Positions 52,838-61,673 of a stretch of DNA of 64,000 nucleotides are shown in pieces. The notes below the pieces were generated by a model. The model was given only the letters and a program-made list of their open reading frames with translations, ran no database searches and had not been told where the DNA came from. Each line of letters opens with the position of its first letter. Positions within the stretch are counted from its first letter, which is position 1. The position numbers and the translations under genes were made by a program. Origin of the DNA: a virus (Duplodnaviria > Heunggongvirae > Uroviricota > Caudoviricetes); the IMG/VR virus record IMGVR_UViG_3300021426_000080, positions 27,744 to 91,743 of that record; one strand, written 5' to 3'.

Positions 52838-52863
52838 ATCGCAAAAAATACAGTCCCTATAAT
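52838..52863 (+). promoter_or_regulatory. phage promoter motif (A)TCGCAA-N13-TATAAT
   Basis: ATCGCAAAAAATACAGTCCCTATAATGGTAGG. Confidence 0.5.
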
Positions 52864-52904
52864 GGTAGGAAACTACACATTATATTTAAAAGGAGAACAT
52901 GAAA

Positions 52905-53210
52905 ATGGGTCTGTTTAAGAAAAACAAAAAGCTTGAGGTAATCAAGATGGATGAGAATGGAAACGTGATTAATCCCAAACAGAAAAAGGAGAAAGGGAAG
53001 GATCTCGGAAAGAAATTGCTCATTGGAGCACTTGCTATCATTGGAGGTACTATAGCCTTCGTAGGAGTCGGTGCTGCAATGGCGATTGTTGACGAGAAGT
53101 CTTCCGGTAGTGACACGATTGATGTTGGGGACGGCACGATTACGTTCACTCCGAACGAAGACCAGAGCAACAAATCAGAGACAGAGTCTACTGGGACTTC
53201 TGAAGAATAA
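52905..53210 (+). CDS. membrane protein (101 aa)
   Basis: RBS AAAAGGAGAAC. TM LLIGALAIIGGTIAFVGVGAAMAIV. Confidence 0.4.
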   Translation: MGLFKKNKKLEVIKMDENGNVINPKQKKEKGKDLGKKLLIGALAIIGGTIAFVGVGAAMAIVDEKSSGSDTIDVGDGTITFTPNEDQSNKSETESTGTSEE

Positions 53211-53383
53211 TTGATATTCTACCACAAAGAGAAATGGGTTAAACAACTCACTTCTCTTTTGTCTTCGAAGTGAAACGGCATCGAAGTTCTAGAAGAGGAC
53301 TGAGATTGATATTTAACGCAAAATATTCAGCTCTCTTAATGAGGGAATAATTCCTCAGATATTTTGAAAGGAGCAATTTAATC

Positions 53384-53743
53384 GTGAAGAAAAAAGATGC
53401 TGTTGGGAAAGCGAAGCTCGTTGCAGAGATTGTCAGTACAGAAGGAGCTCAGATGCTTGCCTGTGGTCTCTGCCGATTGGTTCTTCCTCCTCAGGTTAAT
53501 ATCGTCGTTAAAGGCGGGATGCTTGTAGGAGGTTGGCTACTCGGTGGATGCCTTGGGGAGCATATGAAAGGATATTTGAACCGACAGATCGATGACGTAG
53601 CGGAATACGTTGAAGAGAGTGTCAAAAGAGTGAAGGAAGATATTGCTATCATTCAGAAAGAATCTGAAGAAACTGAAACCGAAAAGACTGATCAAACTGA
53701 TCAAACAAATGAAAATGATAAAGAAGGAGAAGACTTGGGCTAA
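53384..53743 (+). CDS. membrane protein (GTG start, 119 aa), acidic C-terminus
   Basis: Leader CAGATATTTTGAAAGGAGCAATTTAATC then GTG. Hydrophobic GMLVGGWLLGGCLG. Confidence 0.4.
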   Translation: MKKKDAVGKAKLVAEIVSTEGAQMLACGLCRLVLPPQVNIVVKGGMLVGGWLLGGCLGEHMKGYLNRQIDDVAEYVEESVKRVKEDIAIIQKESEETETEKTDQTDQTNENDKEGEDLG

Positions 53744-53888
53744 ACAGCCCACTTCTCTTTTGTCTTCGAGACTTACATAGTAAGTCAAGATAACGTTGAA
53801 CGCAGTGAAACAGAATCGAAGCTTTCGTAAAAAGCTGAGAAAACGCTGAGCGAAACGACATAGAATCAATTGATATTTCAAGGAGGTA

Positions 53889-54623
53889 ATGAATCACATG
53901 GCTGAAGTGCCAAAAGAAAGCCTTCGAGCGGAAGATATTGATTTTCTCTCGAATGCTCATAAGTATCGGGATGTTGGAAAAGAAAACAGTAATGATATTC
54001 AGGAAGAAAGTACTGATGAGACTCCAAAAAAGACTTTGAATGGCTCTGTCACTTCTAAAAAGCGGTCTCTTGGAAAACAATTCATTGATATTTTCTTTCG
54101 CAATGGTGCAAGCCCAAAGGAAATCAAACGATATGTTATCGAGGATCTGCTCGTACCGGCGATTCTTGAAAACATTGCGGATACCATTCAGACCGTGGTT
54201 GAGATGAGATTCTTTGGGGACACCTGTCGAAGCTCAAGAAGAAACCGAAAATCTGGAAACTCTACAGGATCCAGAATTAATTATGGTGGATATTTTGTCG
54301 GTAATGACAATCGAAGAGACAGATCAAGATCGAGTAACCGGGATCGTGATGATTCTTACCAGGAGCCTCTGGACGACTTTATATTTGATGACAGACGGGA
54401 TGCTGAGATGGTTCTGGTAGACATGAAGGAACTTCTCGATCAATACACTCGTGTAACTGTCGCTGATTATATTGATCTTCTAAAGCAATACGGCGTAAAA
54501 GTCCGTGATGCAGATCATACGGATCAGAAATGGGGCTGGAATGATCTCAGTGATGTAAGAGTGAAGCCGGCCAGAGGTGGAGGACACTATCTCGATCTTC
54601 CAAAAGAGTATCCTGTTGGATAA
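53889..54623 (+). CDS. RS/RD-rich basic protein (244 aa)
   Basis: Leader CAATTGATATTTCAAGGAGG. Alternative ATG at 53898. Low-complexity RSSRRNRKSGNS...RRDRSRSSNRDRDD. Confidence 0.45.
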   Translation: MNHMAEVPKESLRAEDIDFLSNAHKYRDVGKENSNDIQEESTDETPKKTLNGSVTSKKRSLGKQFIDIFFRNGASPKEIKRYVIEDLLVPAILENIADTIQTVVEMRFFGDTCRSSRRNRKSGNSTGSRINYGGYFVGNDNRRDRSRSSNRDRDDSYQEPLDDFIFDDRRDAEMVLVDMKELLDQYTRVTVADYIDLLKQYGVKVRDADHTDQKWGWNDLSDVRVKPARGGGHYLDLPKEYPVG

Positions 54624-54644
54624 ATTGAAAGGAGAATTATATTT

Positions 54645-55655
54645 ATGAAAGTAAAAGCACCTAAATTCGTGTTGGACGCGGTTGCAAAAGCCGGAGTAGC
54701 TGCCGGTAAAGCTGGTCTTAAACTTAAAGCGGCATCTCCGGAACTCATGTTGGCCGGTGGACTTATCGCTGGTGGAGCAGCTTTGGTGGCGGCCTGCATC
54801 GCAACTAAGAAAGTCGTTGAAAATAAGACAATCGCAAATGCTCAGGATAAGCTCGATGATATTCAGAAGAAGGCTGATGGAGCAATCAAGCAGCTGGACG
54901 AAGGCGACTTCTCCGGACTGGTTGGATATGACAATGTTGACGACTGCAAGAAAGATATTAACAAGAATCGTAAGATCGAAAGTCTGAGAGTATATCGTCA
55001 TTTAGCCTGGGAACTGGCTAAAAAGTATGGTCTTTCTGCGTTTCTATTTATGCTCTCTGTGGGCCTTATAATGGGCTCTCACGGCGTTTTGAAAAAGAGG
55101 TACATTTCCTCAACTTTGGCGTACAAAGCGCTTGACGAGGCTTATAAGGACTACAGGAAGCGTGTAAAAGAGGCAGTTGGGGAAGATAAGGAAAAGCATC
55201 TGTTTCTTGGCACTGAAGAGAGCGGCGAAACCACTGTTTATGACGAAAATGGCAATGAAAAGACCGTTAAAGATATTGTTAAAACTCAGGCTAAAAAGTA
55301 CTCGCCTTATGAATTCGATTGGAACGCTCAGACTGCTCCCGGGAATTGGGAAGCGAATTCGGATTATAATCTTATGTTCCTCAAAGGAATTCAGAATTAT
55401 GCCAATGACCTACTGCATTCGAGAGGTCACGTGTTTCTGAATGAGATTTTGGATGCAATTGGGCTTCAAAGGACGCAAGAAGGGCAGTCTTTGGGCTGGT
55501 GTATGGGCCTCGGAGATGATTTTGTTGACTTTGGACTCGAAGAATACTTCACCGATGAGTATTCTGATGCTTCCCAGGATGGATATTTGAAGAATATTCA
55601 CCTCGATATGAACTGTGACGGGAACATTCTGGCGTACGCGTTCAAGAAAAGATGA
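54645..55655 (+). CDS. membrane protein, paralog family member (336 aa)
   Basis: RBS TTGAAAGGAGAATTATATTT. See 50874..51608. Confidence 0.5.
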   Translation: MKVKAPKFVLDAVAKAGVAAGKAGLKLKAASPELMLAGGLIAGGAALVAACIATKKVVENKTIANAQDKLDDIQKKADGAIKQLDEGDFSGLVGYDNVDDCKKDINKNRKIESLRVYRHLAWELAKKYGLSAFLFMLSVGLIMGSHGVLKKRYISSTLAYKALDEAYKDYRKRVKEAVGEDKEKHLFLGTEESGETTVYDENGNEKTVKDIVKTQAKKYSPYEFDWNAQTAPGNWEANSDYNLMFLKGIQNYANDLLHSRGHVFLNEILDAIGLQRTQEGQSLGWCMGLGDDFVDFGLEEYFTDEYSDASQDGYLKNIHLDMNCDGNILAYAFKKR

Positions 55656-56377
55656 ATAAGTGGATATTTTTCGGTTTTGGGGTGGCTCTTGGCTCAGGAG
55701 TCACCTTTTTTGCCGTAAAAAAACACTATCGGGACGTTGCGTATCATGAAATTTCGGAAATGAGGGCATTTTATCGCGAGAAAAAGGCCGAATTGAAAGA
55801 AAAATATGACCCAAAAAGCGACAAAACTGACGCAACTGACTCAAAAAATGATGAAAAATCAGGAAATGAGCATCGTTATGTCAGCGGAAATACCGAAATT
55901 CAGAGCGTTTTGAATAGATATTCGGGCGGAAATCATGGTAATTTTGTCGTTGAACCGCATAAAAAAATCGGAAAAATCGGGGCAAAACGCAATGAAAATC
56001 ATGATATTTCGGACGAAAATGAGGACCATGATGACCGTTTTTATACTGAAGAAGGGGACGATCCCTATGATATTTTTGTGAGCCATGAAGCGCCTTCTGA
56101 GGGCTATGTAGAACAGCCATACCAGATTTCTGAGGAACAATTTGCAAGCGAAAAGCTGCATTATGATAAAGTTACCGTCGAATATTATGCTGACGGAATC
56201 GCCGTAATCGACGAAACTGACGAGATTTTAGACTCTTTGGAAGACCAAATCGGACCTTATATTTTGAGTAAACCGATCGAAGAGAATGAGATTTATGTCA
56301 GGAATGAAGCTCGAAGTACGGACTATTATATTCAGTTGAAAGAGACAAATTTCGTCTCTGAAGAAGGTTCAGATTGA
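55652..56377 (+). CDS. membrane-anchored acidic protein (241 aa)
   Basis: N-terminal TM WIFFGFGVALGSGVTFFAV. ATGA overlap. Confidence 0.45.
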   Translation: MNKWIFFGFGVALGSGVTFFAVKKHYRDVAYHEISEMRAFYREKKAELKEKYDPKSDKTDATDSKNDEKSGNEHRYVSGNTEIQSVLNRYSGGNHGNFVVEPHKKIGKIGAKRNENHDISDENEDHDDRFYTEEGDDPYDIFVSHEAPSEGYVEQPYQISEEQFASEKLHYDKVTVEYYADGIAVIDETDEILDSLEDQIGPYILSKPIEENEIYVRNEARSTDYYIQLKETNFVSEEGSD

Positions 56378-56883
56378 CCTACTTCGACTGGCTGGTGTAT
56401 CAGATTTCGCCAGACTATCATATGCGTGAACGCTACTCAGAACTGTTATTCGCTTTATATTCTACAGAGTTCTTTTGGGCGCTTCCAAGAGATATTAATC
56501 GTGCAAAGGATGGTCTGGATTTACGAAAACAATACGAACGTGAAACAGATGAAGGGGCTGATCTTTTCGGTCCCTGCACCTGTCTTGAGATGATGATCGC
56601 ACTGGCCATTCGATGCGAAAATGAACTAATGTATGACCCGGATTTTGGTGATCGGACAGACCAATGGTTCTGGATCATGATAGATAATTTGGGGTTGGAT
56701 CAGTTCGAAAATGACAGGTTTGATAAGGACGAAGTGGACTATATTTTGAACAGATTTATGAATCGGGAGTATGGTTCGAACGGCGAATTTTGCATGTTTC
56801 CAGGAACAGAATCCGTCAAAAATTTGAAAAAAATGGAGCTCGCCTATCAAATTAATTATTACGTAAAAATGATTTTGTGTTGA
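56374..56883 (+). CDS. hypothetical protein (169 aa)
   Basis: Overlapping start. Confidence 0.45.
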   Translation: MTYFDWLVYQISPDYHMRERYSELLFALYSTEFFWALPRDINRAKDGLDLRKQYERETDEGADLFGPCTCLEMMIALAIRCENELMYDPDFGDRTDQWFWIMIDNLGLDQFENDRFDKDEVDYILNRFMNREYGSNGEFCMFPGTESVKNLKKMELAYQINYYVKMILC

Positions 56884-57119
56884 AAAATCGTGAAAAAATG
56901 AGGTTTTGCGTCAGTTGCGTCACTTTTTTTTAGTACTACGCACGAGAAAAATATATGTTTTTATATATATAAAGGACGAAAAAAAACTGTCATTTTTGAC
57001 GCAAGCCATTTTTGGTGAATTTTTAGAAGAAAGGAGGGAGCAAGACGGATTTTGTAAAAGTCACGTGGAGAGGTCCGAAAAGGAAAGGCGATCCGATTGA
57101 GATATTTCCGATTTTTATT
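56884..57119. promoter_or_regulatory. candidate replication origin / regulatory region (AT-rich core flanked by inverted repeats)
   Basis: TTGCGTCA direct repeat (GCGTCAGTTGCGTCAC). Inverted partner TGACGCAA about 90 nt downstream. AT-rich core TATATGTTTTTATATATATAAAGG. Immediately upstream of the replicase. Confidence 0.35.
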
Positions 57120-60100
57120 GTGAAGAACAGCAAGGACTTGATGATACGAGGAAGCGACTTTTATGCGGTCTGGGATGAGCAACGAGGTGTATGGTCGACT
57201 GAGCAGGATGATGCCACCGGATTGATCGATGCTGAGATGGATGCATACAAAGCAAAGATGGAGAAAGAGAATCCTCAGTTTGCAAACGCAAGAATATTAT
57301 ATTTGTGGAACTCGGATACCGGAATGATCGATAAGTGGCATAAGTATGTTCAAAAGCAGCTTGTTGATAATTTTCATCCGTTGAATCAGAAGGTTGTGTT
57401 TTCGAATACAGAACCGCGACGTGAAGATTATTCGTCTTTTCATTTGCCTTACGCACTTGAGCCAGGAAGCACGGATGCCTGGGATGAAATGGTCAGAACA
57501 TTATATTCTCCTCCAGAACGCCATAAGATTGAATGGCTTATCGGATCAGTTGTAAGTGGCGATAGTAAGGAGCTTCAGAAATTTGGAGTGTTCTACGGTG
57601 ATTCAGGAACGGGTAAATCAACGATCCTTGATATTATCGCAAAAATGTTTAAAGGTTATGACTGCACATTTAATGCGAAAGCGCTTGGAAGCTCTACCAG
57701 CGAATTTGCGTTGGAACCGTTTAAGAACAATCCATTGGTTGCGATTCAGCAGGACGGCGATCTGAGTAAGATTGAAGATAACGCCAGATTGAATAGTCTT
57801 GTGTCCCACGAAGAAATCATTGTGAATGAAAAGCATAAGAGCCAGTATGGAAGCAGGTTCTATGCGATGCTTTTCATGGGAACTAATAAACCGGTTAGAA
57901 TTACGGATTCAAGAAGCGGTATTATTCGAAGACTAATTGATATTTCTCCTACAGGAAAGCTTATTCCGAAGAAACGGTATTTGAAATTGAAGGAACAGAT
58001 TGACTTTGAGCTCGGAGCTATTGCGTGGCATTGCCGTGAGGTGTTTCTTGAGGATCCGTATTATTACGACACCTATACGCCGCAGGCAATGATCGGAGCC
58101 ACAAACGATTTCTACAACTTTATGGAAGAGTATCTGGATGAATTCCTTAGAAAAGATTACACGACTCTGAAAGAAGCATGGACGAAGTACCAGATTTACT
58201 GCAATGAAGCCAAGGTTCCATATCCGTATTCGATGCGATCCTTCAAGGAAGAGTTGAAGAACTACTTCCGCGAGTACAAGGAAAGATATCGTACGGACAG
58301 CGGAGAGCAGCTGCGGAAGTGGTACGGAGGATTGAGAAGATCGAAGTTCGGAATGGAAGAGTTGGTTTCTGAGGAATCTGATGACATTGAAGTAAAAGAT
58401 ATTGCTGATGAGGATGCTGCGGAAGCGGAAGGGTATAGCAATTGGATTAAGCTCGATGAGCGCCCCAGTCTTTTGGATGATATTCTAGCTGATTGTCCTG
58501 CTCAGTATGCTGTTCCGACAGATACTGGCGGGGATCGTCCGGAATTCAAATGGGAGAAATGTAAGACCAAGCTTTGCGATCTGGACACATCAAAGCTGCA
58601 TTACATTCGTTTTCCAATTGATATTCAGAACCATATTGTAATCGACTTTGATCTTAAAGATCCGTCAACCGGCGAGAAATCTCTTGAAAGGAATTTAGCG
58701 GAAGCTTCGAAATGGCCGAAGACATATGTTGAAACCAGTCGGAGCGGAAAAGGTCTTCATTTGCATTATATTTACAAAGGCGACGTTACAAAGTTAAGCC
58801 GAATCTATGACGATAATGTTGAAGTGAAGGTATTTACAGGTAATTCGTCTTTGAGGAGACAGCTAAAGCTCTGCAATGATATTCCGATTGCTGAGATTAA
58901 TTCTGGATTGCCTATGAAGGAGGAGGCGCGAGTGATAAACTTTGATGGTTTGAAGTCTGAGAAGGCCCTTCGAACCGCAATAAAAAGGAATTTAAACAAA
59001 GAGATCCACGCTGACACAAGATCGAGCGTGGATTTTATATTTAAGATCCTGAACGATGCGTATGAATCCGGAATGCATTATGACGTTACCGATCTTCGTC
59101 CTGCGGTGCTTGGGTTTGCTGCAAAAAGCAGTAATCAGTCTGCATATTGTATTAAGCTCGTAACTAAGATGAAGTTCCAGTCAGAAGATATTTCGGAAGA
59201 TACGGCATTTTCCGATGACGATGAACTCGTATTCTTTGACGTTGAAGTGTTCCCGAATTTCTTCGGCGTTGTCTGGATGACAGATACCGGTAATCCGGTT
59301 AAGATGATCAACCCGACAGCAAAAGATATTGAGAAGCTTTGTGAGAGAAAGTTGGTAGGATTCAATAATCGCGAGTATGACAACCACATTCTGTATGCCA
59401 GGATGATGGACTATGATAATTACGGTCTGTATGTTCTTTCGCAGAGAATCATAAGCGGCAGCAAGAATTCTAAGTTTAGGGAAGCATACAATCTGTCTTA
59501 TACAGATATTTACGATTTTGCTTCCAAGAAGCAGAGCTTGAAGAAATGGGAGATCGAGCTTGATATTCATCATCAAGAACTTGGACTTCCGTGGGATCAG
59601 CCGGTTCCTGAAGAGTTATGGGATAAGGTTATGGACTATTGTGTGAACGATGTCGTTGCTACAAAGGCAACGTTTCATGCGTTGAGTGCGGATTTCGTTG
59701 CAAGAGAGATTCTTGCAGATATTTCCGGGCTTACCGTAAATCACACAACAAATCAGCATACAACCAAGATAATCTTCGGCGATGATCCGAATCCTCAGAT
59801 CCAGTTTGTGTATACGGATCTTTCTAAGATGTTTCCTGGGTACGAGTATAACGCAATGGGAATCGATCCGAAAAGATATTCCGGAAAGATCGTTCAGGGT
59901 AAGTCCATCTATCGTGGAGAGGATCCTGGGGAAGGTGGACGAGTTTATGCTCAGCCTGGGATGTATGAGAACGTTGCACTTCTTGATATTGCTTCCATGC
60001 ATCCGTCAAGCATCGAGAATCTGAATCTATTCGGAGATAAGTATACGAAGCGATTCAGCGATCTGAAGAAGATCCGAATTCTTATTAAGCATGGCGATTA

Positions 60101-61088
60101 CGAAGGAGCTGCCAAACTGTTTGACGGGAAGCTTACTGGATATTTGCAGGATAAGACACAGGCAAAGGCTCTTGCTCAGGCTCTGAAGATTGTAATTAAC
60201 AGTGTATACGGTTTGACCTCTGCCAGCTTTGATAATAAGTTCCGCGATCCAAGGAATGTTGATAACATCGTTGCAAAGCGTGGAGCGCTATTTATGATCG
60301 AGCTTCAGAAGGCCGTTGAGGAGAAAGGCTATACAGTTGCACATGTTAAGACCGATTCCATCAAGATTCCGGATGCAAATAACGAGATCATTGATTTCGT
60401 AATGAAGTTCGGAGAAAAGTATGGATATACGTTCGAGCACGAAGCAACTTATGAAAAGCTTTGCCTAGTAAACGAAGCCGTGTATATTGCAAAAGATATT
60501 TCTGATGGGCATTGGACAGCCACAGGAACTCAATTTCAGGTTCCATACGTGTTTAAGACGTTGTTTAGTAAAGAGCCGATTGAGTTTAAGGATGTCTGCG
60601 AGACTAAGAGTGTTAAGACTGCTTTATATTTGGACTTCAACGAGGATCTTCCGAATGTTGAAGATAAAGAAGATCGTCTTCAGAAGCTTCTCAAGAAGTA
60701 TGGGCTGACGATGAGTCAGATTAATGGATATTTGGAAACCGGTGATGCTCCGGATCTTCCAGAGGAATCTGGCACTGCTCTGATGGAAGCCTCTGAATTG
60801 GTAAAAGATATTCGAGCCGGACATGATTACAGATTCATCGGACGTGCAGGATCGTTCTGCCCAGTAATCAATGGCGTTGGTGGTGGATATTTGATGCGAG
60901 AGAAAGACGGCAAGTATTCATTTGCAACAGGAGCAAAAGGATATCGGTGGATGGAAGCCGAAGTTCTTAGAGCTCTTGGAACTGAAGAAGCAATGCGCAG
61001 AATTAATCGAAAGTATTACGCTGCGCTTGTAGATGACGCAATTGCCACAATCTCCGAGTATGGAGACTTTGAGGCCTTTGCGTCTTAA
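57120..61088 (+). CDS. fusion replicase: SF3/D5-type P-loop helicase core + AEP prim-pol domain + 3'-5' exonuclease + family-B DNA polymerase
   Basis: Walker A: VFYGDSGTGKST. AEP motifs VIDFDLKD and SGKGLHLHYIY. Exo I FFDVEVFPNFF and Exo III YCVNDVVAT. PolB motif A DIASMHPS, motif B KIVINSVYG, motif C VKTDSI. GTG start from the track; alternative ATG 57141. Confidence 0.75.
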   Translation: MKNSKDLMIRGSDFYAVWDEQRGVWSTEQDDATGLIDAEMDAYKAKMEKENPQFANARILYLWNSDTGMIDKWHKYVQKQLVDNFHPLNQKVVFSNTEPRREDYSSFHLPYALEPGSTDAWDEMVRTLYSPPERHKIEWLIGSVVSGDSKELQKFGVFYGDSGTGKSTILDIIAKMFKGYDCTFNAKALGSSTSEFALEPFKNNPLVAIQQDGDLSKIEDNARLNSLVSHEEIIVNEKHKSQYGSRFYAMLFMGTNKPVRITDSRSGIIRRLIDISPTGKLIPKKRYLKLKEQIDFELGAIAWHCREVFLEDPYYYDTYTPQAMIGATNDFYNFMEEYLDEFLRKDYTTLKEAWTKYQIYCNEAKVPYPYSMRSFKEELKNYFREYKERYRTDSGEQLRKWYGGLRRSKFGMEELVSEESDDIEVKDIADEDAAEAEGYSNWIKLDERPSLLDDILADCPAQYAVPTDTGGDRPEFKWEKCKTKLCDLDTSKLHYIRFPIDIQNHIVIDFDLKDPSTGEKSLERNLAEASKWPKTYVETSRSGKGLHLHYIYKGDVTKLSRIYDDNVEVKVFTGNSSLRRQLKLCNDIPIAEINSGLPMKEEARVINFDGLKSEKALRTAIKRNLNKEIHADTRSSVDFIFKILNDAYESGMHYDVTDLRPAVLGFAAKSSNQSAYCIKLVTKMKFQSEDISEDTAFSDDDELVFFDVEVFPNFFGVVWMTDTGNPVKMINPTAKDIEKLCERKLVGFNNREYDNHILYARMMDYDNYGLYVLSQRIISGSKNSKFREAYNLSYTDIYDFASKKQSLKKWEIELDIHHQELGLPWDQPVPEELWDKVMDYCVNDVVATKATFHALSADFVAREILADISGLTVNHTTNQHTTKIIFGDDPNPQIQFVYTDLSKMFPGYEYNAMGIDPKRYSGKIVQGKSIYRGEDPGEGGRVYAQPGMYENVALLDIASMHPSSIENLNLFGDKYTKRFSDLKKIRILIKHGDYEGAAKLFDGKLTGYLQDKTQAKALAQALKIVINSVYGLTSASFDNKFRDPRNVDNIVAKRGALFMIELQKAVEEKGYTVAHVKTDSIKIPDANNEIIDFVMKFGEKYGYTFEHEATYEKLCLVNEAVYIAKDISDGHWTATGTQFQVPYVFKTLFSKEPIEFKDVCETKSVKTALYLDFNEDLPNVEDKEDRLQKLLKKYGLTMSQINGYLETGDAPDLPEESGTALMEASELVKDIRAGHDYRFIGRAGSFCPVINGVGGGYLMREKDGKYSFATGAKGYRWMEAEVLRALGTEEAMRRINRKYYAALVDDAIATISEYGDFEAFAS

Positions 61089-61123
61089 TTGATATTTTTC
61101 AAATTTGAAAGGAGAATTTAACC

Positions 61124-61606
61124 ATGGCAAGAACAGATGTACCTAACATTAGCATTGACAACGCACAGATTCGTTTCCGTAATTTTACTGGAGAGCCGAC
61201 GAAGTTCGACAAAGCCGGAGGAAAGAGAACGTTCAGCGTTATTCTTGACGCCGAAATGGCAGACAAGCTTCGTGATGACGGATGGAATGTAAAGTCCTGG
61301 GAGCCCGATGGAGCTGATGAGCCGATCTATCATCTTCCGGTTGAGATTTCGTATAAGATATATCCTCCGAAGGTGTGGATGATCTCTGGGAATAAAAAGA
61401 CCATGCTTCAGGAAGATACAATTTCTGCTCTCCAGTATGCTGAATTTACTAAAGTTCAGCTTATTATCCGTCCTTATTGCTGGGAAGTGAACGGCAAGTC
61501 TGGCATTAAGGCCTATGTCAAAGCGATGTATGTAACCATCGAGGAAGACGAATTCGAGAAAGAGTATCGGAACTTCGAGGATGATGAAGACGATCTTCCG
61601 TTCTAA
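61124..61606 (+). CDS. putative phage ssDNA-binding protein (DUF2815-like)
   Basis: Leader TTGATATTTTTCAAATTTGAAAGGAGAATTTAACC then ATG. Acidic C-terminal tail EDDEDDLPF, typical of SSBs. Position next to the polymerase. Confidence 0.45.
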   Translation: MARTDVPNISIDNAQIRFRNFTGEPTKFDKAGGKRTFSVILDAEMADKLRDDGWNVKSWEPDGADEPIYHLPVEISYKIYPPKVWMISGNKKTMLQEDTISALQYAEFTKVQLIIRPYCWEVNGKSGIKAYVKAMYVTIEEDEFEKEYRNFEDDEDDLPF

Positions 61607-61615
61607 GATATTTAT

Positions 61616-61650
61616 AGGGGCTGTCTGAAATATGGCAGCCTCTTTTTTTT
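61616..61650 (+). terminator. rho-independent terminator
   Basis: GGGGCTGTC-N9-GCAGCCTC followed by T8. Confidence 0.6.
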
Positions 61651-61673
61651 AGATATTTGAAGAGGAGCGAACT

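Noticed and set aside
57029-57119. Strong GAAAGGAGGG RBS at 57029 as the start of the replicase or of a separate gene.
   Set aside because: No in-frame start codon follows within a usable distance. The replicase frame opens after the stop at 57024 but has only a GTG at 57120.
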